DNA of 64,000 nucleotides from an uncultured Akkermansia sp. (GTDB lineage Bacteria; Verrucomicrobiota; Verrucomicrobiia; Verrucomicrobiales; Akkermansiaceae): NCBI GenBank assembly GCA_947624205.1, contig CANQJI010000001.1, positions 11,739 to 75,738 of the forward strand, read 5' to 3'. Shown piece by piece: positions 56,347 to 64,000 of this stretch (position 1 is its first letter; each line of letters starts with the position of its first letter). The notes under the pieces were generated by a model. It saw only the letters and a program-made list of their open reading frames with translations, ran no database searches and was not told where the DNA came from. The position numbers and the translations under genes were made by a program.

Positions 56347-56751
56347 ATGAAGAACAAGGTTCAGGGGCTGATCATAGCGATGGTTTCATTGCTCAGTACG
56401 GCGTTTGGCGTGGATCATGCGACGGAGGAGGTGTTATCTCGCTACATAAAATTGGGGGAGGAACTTGTGCCTGTTCTATCGGCGGCACGGGATGCAACTG
56501 GGGCAGAGAAAGCGGCGCCTGCTCTACAGGCACTCCTGCCACGTGTGATGGATTCAGGACGTGAGCTTAAGGCCGTTGCTTCCCTCAGTGAGGAGGATTC
56601 CAGGCAACTCCGTGCGAAGTTTGAGCGCCCCATGCGAGAAACTTGGGGCAAGGTGTATGATGAGATCTATCGTCTGCAGAGGGTGCGATGCTATGAGTGT
56701 GTATCTTTCTTCCGTTCGTTTAGTATTTTATGTTCACTACTAGAAGGATAA
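56347..56751 (+). CDS. Hypothetical secreted protein (134 aa)
   Basis: MKNKVQGLIIAMVSLLSTAFG signal peptide. The product is helical and has no recognised domain. Confidence 0.5.
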   Translation: MKNKVQGLIIAMVSLLSTAFGVDHATEEVLSRYIKLGEELVPVLSAARDATGAEKAAPALQALLPRVMDSGRELKAVASLSEEDSRQLRAKFERPMRETWGKVYDEIYRLQRVRCYECVSFFRSFSILCSLLEG

Positions 56752-57194
56752 TCGGCGTTTTGCTTGGAGTGACCTTAGGTTGCACAGTTTCGACTGCGGA
56801 TCAGGGATGTTTGACATTGTCGTCAGGAGAAGATGACCCCACGGGGCGGCATCTCCCACTGAGTCCTGCAGAAGAGCACCTGCGCACGGGAGTGGTCATG
56901 CTCGCAAAACTCTACAGAAGCCTCGCCGAGGTGAAAGACGCTCAAACAGCTCAGAGCGCTGTGCCTGGCGTGGTGCAGATTACACGGGATTTACAGACAT
57001 GGATTCAGACACTGCATGGCATGAAACAGGGCGTGGAGGAGCAGGAAGTCCTCGAGCGCACATATGTTCCCATCATCGAAAAGCTCAACGCTTACATTGA
57101 GGTGCAAGGGGAACGCCTCGCCATCGCCCATTATTTTGGCTCGCAGGATCTTGCAACTGCCTTGACGGCGCTCTATATCATGGCTCAACAATGA
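56730..57194 (+). CDS. Hypothetical secreted protein or lipoprotein (154 aa)
   Basis: RRIIGVLLGVTLGCT is lipobox-like. It overlaps both neighbours (ATGA overlap with the next gene), suggesting an operon. Confidence 0.5.
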   Translation: MFTTRRIIGVLLGVTLGCTVSTADQGCLTLSSGEDDPTGRHLPLSPAEEHLRTGVVMLAKLYRSLAEVKDAQTAQSAVPGVVQITRDLQTWIQTLHGMKQGVEEQEVLERTYVPIIEKLNAYIEVQGERLAIAHYFGSQDLATALTALYIMAQQ

Positions 57195-58891
57195 AACAGC
57201 GCATCCTTATTTTCGTTTTGTCGTTCTTTTTCGTGCTGGAGACAGGTACATCTGCTTCAGCTACTGTGGTTGATAATGGGATTGAAATTCGCGAACTGGT
57301 GGAACGGGCGGTAGAGGGAGCCAAAGTTGTTCTTCCCAAGGGGGAGTACCATTTCTTCCCTGCGAGTTCCCCTAAGATGAACTTTTATGTATCGAACCAC
57401 GACCAGCAGAAAGATATTCCCGTGGGGCTACCCATCGTCAACAAGAAAAAACTTACACTGGATGCCCGGGGAAGCACTTTCATTTTTCACGGCAAGATGC
57501 AGCCGATTCTTGTAATGGACAGTGACAAGGTACAACTGCGCAACTTTACGATACGCTACGCTGCACCGTTCTACGTAGAAGGAAAAATTACGAAGATCGC
57601 GGGAGGAAAAACGATATTGGAGATACCGACCAAGCTCTTTTCCTGGAAGGTAGAGAATGGAAAATTCCGCATCCTGCGGGAAGGTGGTGAGGCCGGGGTT
57701 AATATGGCACTTGCCTTTGAATCGGATGGTCCCATGGTGCCGCGCGACGGAGGCGGTGATATGGGATGGACCGATTCTGCCGAGCAGGTGGACAAAGAGC
57801 ATGTGCGATTTGATACCGACGCCGGGAAACAGGGGCTCAAGGTCGGTCAGATTCTTGTGCTGCGTAACGGGATGCGGCCACATCCCGCCGTGGTTCTCTA
57901 CCGCGCGAAAGACACGAAGCTTGTGAAGATTATTTTCTCTGATAGCCAAGGGATGGGACTCCTGGCGCAGCGATCGGAGAATGTTACGATTCTGGGCGGA
58001 GGATGCGTGCGTGCTCCGGGGCGTATCTACACGGTGTCGGCGGATGCCACGCATTTCTCTAATTGTCGTGGAAAAATTTTCGTCAAGGGAGCCCTCTATG
58101 AAGGGATGATGGATGATGCCATCAATGTGCATTCCACATGTTTGTCAATAGAGAAGGTAGAGAGCCCGACAAGCTTCACAGCGAAGTACATGCACCATCA
58201 ATCCATTGGTTTTGAGGTGTTTGAAAAGGGCGAAAAGATTCAATTCATTCGGGGTAAAACGTTGGAGAATCTTCCTCCTGAAGAGTGGGGCACTGTGGAC
58301 AGTGTGGAGATGCTCGATCCGACACATGTGCGGATCACACTTGAAAAACCGCTGCCGGCGGGTATAAGCGAGGGTGATGCCGTTGAGAACGCTTCATGGT
58401 ATCCTTCAGTGAAATTCGTCGACAATACTGTGCGTCACAATCGCGCGCGGGGGGCTCTTTTTACCACGCCCATGCCTGTGTTGGTCAAGGGTAACAAATT
58501 TATTCGTTCTCACGGCAGCGCTATTCTCTTGGCGGGGGATGCGCAAGGATGGTACGAAAGTGGTGCGTGTAACGGCGTTACTATTGTGGATAACGTCTTT
58601 GACCACAATCTTACAGCCGGTTACCAGTTCACGGATGCCGTCATTGCCATATGTCCCGAGGTGCGGGATCCTGACAATCAGAAGAAACCCTATCATGTCG
58701 GCATTTGCATTGAGGGTAATACTTTCCTCTCGCATCATGTTCCCCTACTTTCCATTCGCTCCGCGGACAATGTCGTCTTCCGTCGGAACAATGTGAGATG
58801 GGATGATGCTTTCACCCCGCGTGGAGGTGGTAGCCCATTTCTCATCCACGGAAATCCGCCGAAAAAACTCGATCTCCCGAAAAATCTGTAA
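57191..58891 (+). CDS. Right-handed parallel beta-helix (pectin-lyase-fold) protein, glycoside-hydrolase-like
   Basis: Signal peptide and repeated short beta-strand units such as V.L.N..I, NRARGALFTTP, HGSAILLAGDA and NGVTIVDNVF. The family assignment (possibly GH110-like) is not verifiable by eye. Confidence 0.6.
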   Translation: MKQRILIFVLSFFFVLETGTSASATVVDNGIEIRELVERAVEGAKVVLPKGEYHFFPASSPKMNFYVSNHDQQKDIPVGLPIVNKKKLTLDARGSTFIFHGKMQPILVMDSDKVQLRNFTIRYAAPFYVEGKITKIAGGKTILEIPTKLFSWKVENGKFRILREGGEAGVNMALAFESDGPMVPRDGGGDMGWTDSAEQVDKEHVRFDTDAGKQGLKVGQILVLRNGMRPHPAVVLYRAKDTKLVKIIFSDSQGMGLLAQRSENVTILGGGCVRAPGRIYTVSADATHFSNCRGKIFVKGALYEGMMDDAINVHSTCLSIEKVESPTSFTAKYMHHQSIGFEVFEKGEKIQFIRGKTLENLPPEEWGTVDSVEMLDPTHVRITLEKPLPAGISEGDAVENASWYPSVKFVDNTVRHNRARGALFTTPMPVLVKGNKFIRSHGSAILLAGDAQGWYESGACNGVTIVDNVFDHNLTAGYQFTDAVIAICPEVRDPDNQKKPYHVGICIEGNTFLSHHVPLLSIRSADNVVFRRNNVRWDDAFTPRGGGSPFLIHGNPPKKLDLPKNL

Positions 58892-58914
58892 TTTAACCAT
58901 TCCTCCTAGTAACT

Positions 58915-60159
58915 ATGGCAACGATTCGTCCATTTGCTGCTCTTCGCCCACCCCGTCAGTATGCAGAGCAGGTGTCCTGTCTCCCCTATGATGTCATGAA
59001 CCACGATGAAGCTTGTCGCATGGCCGCGGGCAATGTGAGTTCATACCTGCATATCTGCCGTGCCGACATAGATACGAGCGAGTCTCAGATTCACGATGAG
59101 GTGACCTACACGAAGAGTCGTGAAAATATAGAGGAATTCCTCCGCCGCGGTTTTCTCGCGCGCGATGCGACTCCCTGTTATTACATCTACCGCCAAGTCA
59201 TGTGGGGACGCGTGCAAACGGGCATCGTAGGGTGTGCCAGTGTGGACGAATACTTGGATGGTACCATCAAGAAGCACGAACTTACTCGCAAGGAGAAGGA
59301 ACTTGATCGCATCAGGCATTTTGACGCGTGTTCCGTCCAGACTGAGCCTGTATTTTTGGCTTACCGCAAGCACGAAGGAATCTCAGTCGCCGTGAGGGAG
59401 TGGATAAAGTTCCATAAGCCTGAGTACAATTTCACGAGTGAGGATGGCGTTACGCATATCCTCTGGATGGTGAATGATCCTGGCGTCATTGAGGTTATAC
59501 GATGCGGTTTCGAGGAGGTCCCCGCTCTCTACATCGCGGATGGGCATCACCGAACCGCCTCGTCCGCCGCCGTGTCTGCTATGCGTCGCAAACAGCACCC
59601 GAATTACACCGGACAGGAGGAGTTTAACTATTTGATGGCGGTTACTTTTTGCGATGAGGATCTTTTTATCATGGATTACAATCGAGTGGTGGCAGATCTT
59701 AACGGATACAGCGTAGAGGGGTTTCTGCATCGCGTTGAAGAGAAGTTCAAGGTGCTTCCTGCCAAACAAAAAGGACCGTTTGCACCCCGTGCTAAGCATG
59801 AATTTGGTATGTATCTCAACGCAACGTGGTACAGCATCACCGCGCGAAAGGGCACTTATGATGAGCAGCATCCCATTCGCAGCCTAGATTGCTCTATTCT
59901 ACAGGAGAATTTGCTCGCTCCTGTACTCGGTATTGAAGACCCTCGAACAAGTCCGCGTATCGACTTCATCGGTGGTATTCGAGGGCTGACAGAATTGGAA
60001 AATCGGGCCGGTGGGGAAGGCGTGGCGTTTGCTCTCTATCCTGTAACGATGGATGACCTTTTCCGGGTGGCGGACAGTGGAGAAATTATGCCGCCCAAGT
60101 CCACGTGGTTTGAGCCCAAATTGCGCTCTGGCCTTTTTGCGCATGAGATAGAACGCTGA
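58915..60159 (+). CDS. DUF1015-family protein
   Basis: MATIRPFAALRP......V.CLPYDVM, ADGHHR and a length of 414 aa fit the DUF1015 pattern as I recall it. Confidence 0.7.
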   Translation: MATIRPFAALRPPRQYAEQVSCLPYDVMNHDEACRMAAGNVSSYLHICRADIDTSESQIHDEVTYTKSRENIEEFLRRGFLARDATPCYYIYRQVMWGRVQTGIVGCASVDEYLDGTIKKHELTRKEKELDRIRHFDACSVQTEPVFLAYRKHEGISVAVREWIKFHKPEYNFTSEDGVTHILWMVNDPGVIEVIRCGFEEVPALYIADGHHRTASSAAVSAMRRKQHPNYTGQEEFNYLMAVTFCDEDLFIMDYNRVVADLNGYSVEGFLHRVEEKFKVLPAKQKGPFAPRAKHEFGMYLNATWYSITARKGTYDEQHPIRSLDCSILQENLLAPVLGIEDPRTSPRIDFIGGIRGLTELENRAGGEGVAFALYPVTMDDLFRVADSGEIMPPKSTWFEPKLRSGLFAHEIER

Positions 60160-60163
60160 TTCG

Positions 60164-61303
60164 TTGTCTTTCTTTATGGAGAGCTCTGCAAGAGAAGACC
60201 TGCCGGTGCAGGAGGAAGATCCTCGTTACCTCAACGAGCAGATACTCACTTACATCGGCAACAAACGGGAGCTTCTCGATATGATACTTGGTGCAGTGCG
60301 GCGGGTACAAGCTCGTCTCGGCGGACGCAAGCCAGTGTGCGTGGATTTGTTTTCGGGCTCTGGCATTGTATCACGTGCCCTCAAGGCGTATGCAAGCGAG
60401 TTGTACGTGAATGACTGGGAGGACTATGCCCGCGTTGTTGCGTCTTGCTACCTTGCGAATCGGTCAGAGGTGGATGAGGAAGCGATAAGATGCGCTTGCG
60501 AGAAAATACATACGCAGGCGCTTGAGCAGCCAGCGCCCGGCGTTATCAGCTCGCTTTACGCGCCGCAGAATGACCATGACATCCGTCCCGGGGAGCGCGT
60601 TTTTTACACCCGTCGCAATGCGGTCTACCTCGACACAGTTCGTGCACTCATCGCAAAGCAACCGAAGGAAATACAGCCGTTTTTGCTGGCTCCGTTGCTC
60701 TATGAAGCTTCGGTGCATTGCAACACAGGCGGAGTCTTCAAAGGTTTTTACAAGAATCGTCGTGGTGTTGGACAATTCGGTGGCGAAGGAAGGAACGCCA
60801 TCTCCCGAATCACGGGGAAAATTTGCCTGAAATATCCCGTGTTTTCACGTTTTCAGCTGCCGTGTCATGTCTTGCAAGTGGATGCGCGCGAGGCATTGCG
60901 CAGCATTCCGCATGCTGATCTGATTTATCTTGATCCCCCCTACAACCAACATCCGTATGGCTCAAATTATTTTATGCTCAACCTGATTGCGCAAAATAGA
61001 GCGCCTGAGGAGATCTCGAAGGTGTCGGGAATTCCTGTGAATTGGCGGCGCTCCAATTACAACAAGAGGGGACGTGCGAGGGAGGAACTTTTTTCCCTGG
61101 TAAGAGAATGTGCTTCCAAATACATTCTTTTGTCGTATAATGCTGAGGGATTCGTATCCCACGATGAATGGATGGAATTCCTCAGGGAAATAGGTGGTGT
61201 AGAGTGTACGAGTACGGGCCATAGCACGTATCGTGCGTGCAGAAATTTACGGACTCGTTCTCTTCACGTCGATGAATATCTCTACCTGATCGAAAGAAAA
61301 TAA
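60164..61303 (+). CDS. N6-adenine DNA methyltransferase (alpha-type order: FxGxG, then target-recognition region, then DPPY)
   Basis: YIGNKRELL, DLFSGSGIVS (AdoMet motif I), YVNDWEDY and YLDPPYNQHPYGSNY (motif IV). There is no adjacent endonuclease-like ORF. Confidence 0.8.
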   Translation: MSFFMESSAREDLPVQEEDPRYLNEQILTYIGNKRELLDMILGAVRRVQARLGGRKPVCVDLFSGSGIVSRALKAYASELYVNDWEDYARVVASCYLANRSEVDEEAIRCACEKIHTQALEQPAPGVISSLYAPQNDHDIRPGERVFYTRRNAVYLDTVRALIAKQPKEIQPFLLAPLLYEASVHCNTGGVFKGFYKNRRGVGQFGGEGRNAISRITGKICLKYPVFSRFQLPCHVLQVDAREALRSIPHADLIYLDPPYNQHPYGSNYFMLNLIAQNRAPEEISKVSGIPVNWRRSNYNKRGRAREELFSLVRECASKYILLSYNAEGFVSHDEWMEFLREIGGVECTSTGHSTYRACRNLRTRSLHVDEYLYLIERK

Positions 61304-61322
61304 GCGATTTTCTAGAAAACTT

Positions 61323-62894
61323 ATGAAAAAAATACTCATACCGACAAAATTGGATAAGGCCGCCGCAGCAGCGTTGGTGACGGCAGGTTACGAGGTGGTG
61401 CAGGACGATGCGACGCCGCTGGCTGAGCAGGCACCGGAGCATCGGGACGCCGCAGGACTCATTGTTCGTTCTGAAAAAGTTCCGGTGGAGATCATTGATG
61501 CTATGCCATCACTCAAGTGCATCATTCGTGCGGGAGCAGGGTATGATAACATCGACTACGTCTACGCCCGCAGCAAGGGAATTGATGTGATGAATACGCC
61601 TGGGGCCAATGCGAATGCCGTGGCAGAGGAGGTGGTTGCCATGATTCTGGCGGCGTTTCGCTACATAGTGCCAGCGGATGTGACCACACGTGCAGGGGAG
61701 TGGAACAAAAAGCAATACATGGGACGCGAACTCACTCGGAAAACGGTTGGCATTCTCGGCTTGGGGAACATAGGGCGCATGTTAGTGAAGCGTCTGCAAG
61801 GGTTTGAATGCACGGTGCTGGGGTACGATCATTTCCTCTCTAAGCAGCGAGCACTGAACATCGGCGCCACACCTGCCGAACTAGAGGAGATATTTTCCTC
61901 TGCGGATGTGATTTCCATCCATGTTCCGGGTGGTCCCTCCACGAAAAATATGGTGAATGCCAAGCTTATGGGAATGATGAAGGAGGGGGCGGTGTTGGTG
62001 AACTGTGCTCGTTACGGCGTGGTAGATGAAGAAGCTCTGCGTGACTTCAAAAAACAGGGGAAAAAGATCTTCTACTGCACGGATGTTCATCCGAAAGATG
62101 TTGCAGCGATGCAACCAAGCGCTGACGTGGCAGATGTGATGCTGCCGCATTTGGGGGCCAATACCAGGGAAGCCAACAAGGCTGCTGCTATGCGTGCAGC
62201 TTCACAAATGATTGCGTATTTTGCGGAGGGGGATACAAGTTGTGTGGTCAATGCAGAAATGCCGGCGGATCTGAACCCGGCGCATTTGAAGATGGCAGCC
62301 ATGCTTGGCAAACTCTGTTACCTCGCGGCTGGCTGCAAAACGATCCGCAAGATTGAATGTACCTTCTACAATAATTTACGCATCTATCGCAAATGGTTTA
62401 CTCCATGGATTTTGCAGGGTGCTGTTCCCGGTGCGGAGCATGGCCTCATGCCCGCTGCGGCGGAGACGTCTCTGCGCGAGCATGGGATTGATTTCAAAGC
62501 CCGTGAGCCTATGGATGATAAGCTCTATGATGATTCCCTCACTCTTGACCTCTTTACCGAACAAAATGGGGAACAAATCTGCACCAGTGTGCGTGGAATG
62601 GTGGTCGATGGCGTGCCGGTTGTTTCTCGTATCGATGCATTTAGTCATTTATACGCTGCGTTGCCTGGTCACACGCTTGTATTCCGCTATACGGATCGTC
62701 CCGGAGTGATCGCTACTATTGGAGGCATGCTTTCGGCGGAGAAGGTGAATATTGACAACATTGTTGCTCCGGCTGATGCGGAAAGCGGTGATGCCCTCGC
62801 GGTGATTAAAACAAATAAGCCTGTGCCTGAGCAGGTGGCGCAGAATATTGCCGCCGCCATACAGGCTAAGCTTGCCTTTACCCTTTCGTTCTGA
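61323..62894 (+). CDS. serA: D-3-phosphoglycerate dehydrogenase (long form with C-terminal ACT domain)
   Basis: RAGAGYDNID, GILGLGNIGR (NAD site), VNCARYGVVDE, HLGANT and a C-terminal ACT-like domain of about 75 aa. 523 aa. Confidence 0.9.
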   Translation: MKKILIPTKLDKAAAAALVTAGYEVVQDDATPLAEQAPEHRDAAGLIVRSEKVPVEIIDAMPSLKCIIRAGAGYDNIDYVYARSKGIDVMNTPGANANAVAEEVVAMILAAFRYIVPADVTTRAGEWNKKQYMGRELTRKTVGILGLGNIGRMLVKRLQGFECTVLGYDHFLSKQRALNIGATPAELEEIFSSADVISIHVPGGPSTKNMVNAKLMGMMKEGAVLVNCARYGVVDEEALRDFKKQGKKIFYCTDVHPKDVAAMQPSADVADVMLPHLGANTREANKAAAMRAASQMIAYFAEGDTSCVVNAEMPADLNPAHLKMAAMLGKLCYLAAGCKTIRKIECTFYNNLRIYRKWFTPWILQGAVPGAEHGLMPAAAETSLREHGIDFKAREPMDDKLYDDSLTLDLFTEQNGEQICTSVRGMVVDGVPVVSRIDAFSHLYAALPGHTLVFRYTDRPGVIATIGGMLSAEKVNIDNIVAPADAESGDALAVIKTNKPVPEQVAQNIAAAIQAKLAFTLSF

Positions 62895-62897
62895 CTT

Positions 62898-63977
62898 ATG
62901 TCTGCTGCAGCTTCCTACGCTGTGATTCTGGCGGGAGGGAGTGGTACGCGTTTCTGGCCGCTCTCTCGCGCAAATCGTCCCAAGCAATTGCTGGATCTCT
63001 TCGGCACCGGAAGCATGCTTTGCCAAGCTGTGCAACGTGTTACACGCTTTCTTCCGCCGGATCACGTGTTCATTCTCACGAATGCTGCGCAACATGAGGA
63101 GGTGCAGCGACAGACAGAGGGGATGTTGCCGCGGGAGAATATCGTGGCGGAACCTGCAAGACGTGATACAGCACCGGCGGTGGCGCTTGGGGTCGGACTC
63201 ATCGCGGCTCGAGATCCGGAAGCCACGATGCTGGTGATGCCGAGTGATGCACTCATTGGCGATGATGCTGCATTTGCAACTCTGGCAAAGGATGCGCTCT
63301 CACTCGCCGCTCGTCAGCAGACGCTCATTACCATTGGTATACAGCCCACATGGCCTTGCCCCAGCTACGGTTACATTGAGCGCGCGGAGGAATTCCCGGA
63401 CGACGAGATATCTCACACTTGCTATCGAGTGGCGCGTTTTTGCGAAAAACCGGATCCTGTTACAGCTGCACAGTATCTTGAGAGTGGAAAGTTCTGCTGG
63501 AACGCCGGTATTTTCGTTTGGAGTATTCCGTGTGTGCGCCAACAACTTGCAGCCTTTGTCCCGCAGCTCGCGCAATTCGCCTCCGGCTTTGCGGCGTCCG
63601 GCGCCTCACGTGCGTATCTTGATGAGCATTATGCAGCACTCACGCCAATATCCATCGATTTTGCCCTTATGGAAAAGGCGCCTTGCGTCTTGAACTTTGA
63701 AGCCACCTTTGAGTGGGATGACATTGGTTCCTGGATATCTATCGGTAAGCGGCTTCCTCACGATGATGTGGGTAATGCCTCCAACACTGATCGTCCCATC
63801 GCGCAGGACAGCGTGTCCAATATCGTGTACTCCACCATTCCTGCCAAGCAGGTGGCGCTGCTCGGAGTTCGCGATCTTATCGTGGTGGATGCGGGAGATT
63901 CCTTACTCGTGGCGCACAAGTCTCAAGCAGATGCCATCAAGACGATTGTCTCCCAACTTCCGCCGAACCTTCTTTGA
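62898..63977 (+). CDS. manC: Mannose-1-phosphate guanylyltransferase
   Basis: AVILAGGSGTRFWPLSR, EPARRDTAPA, VMPSDALI, GYIE, FCEKPD and FCWNAGIFVW. At 359 aa it has no PMI domain. Confidence 0.88.
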   Translation: MSAAASYAVILAGGSGTRFWPLSRANRPKQLLDLFGTGSMLCQAVQRVTRFLPPDHVFILTNAAQHEEVQRQTEGMLPRENIVAEPARRDTAPAVALGVGLIAARDPEATMLVMPSDALIGDDAAFATLAKDALSLAARQQTLITIGIQPTWPCPSYGYIERAEEFPDDEISHTCYRVARFCEKPDPVTAAQYLESGKFCWNAGIFVWSIPCVRQQLAAFVPQLAQFASGFAASGASRAYLDEHYAALTPISIDFALMEKAPCVLNFEATFEWDDIGSWISIGKRLPHDDVGNASNTDRPIAQDSVSNIVYSTIPAKQVALLGVRDLIVVDAGDSLLVAHKSQADAIKTIVSQLPPNLL

Positions 63978-64000
63978 TGATTCCTCATTATGTCCGCAAA

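Overview
This window looks like chromosomal DNA from a diderm (Gram-negative-type) bacterium. I recognised no rRNA, tRNA or CRISPR, so I do not assign a taxon. About half is ordinary housekeeping sequence: groL (3' part), pgk, ychF, rpsM-rpsK-rpsD, gdhA, lpxK, speA, rplY, pth, leuA, dsbD, an Aas-like acyl-ACP synthetase, serA and a mannose-1-P guanylyltransferase. Between about 14.7 and 41.9 kb lies a visibly AT-richer accessory island. It is a decayed array of orphan Rhs/YD-repeat C-terminal toxin cassettes with small membrane, lipoprotein or secreted genes that could be immunity genes. The island also holds one intact IS3-family element, four truncated or internally deleted relatives of it, and several tandem and segmental duplications. 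No full-length rhs gene and no secretion-system gene is present in the window. The most unusual signal is a modular, MITE-like palindromic repeat family with at least 10 intergenic copies. It has terminal inverted repeats of the form GGGCAAACGCATT...AAATGCGTTTGCCC. Two copies have clean 11-12 bp target-site duplications, and one of these can be compared with an empty site elsewhere in the window. The family carries an 87-nt double-hairpin module with compensatory stem substitutions. That module also sits inside two Rhs gene fragments at the same codon position, and its length is a multiple of three. Separately, the intact IS3 element splits an Rhs toxin domain carrying a group-XII-like phospholipase A2 signature, and modelled excision restores the reading frame.
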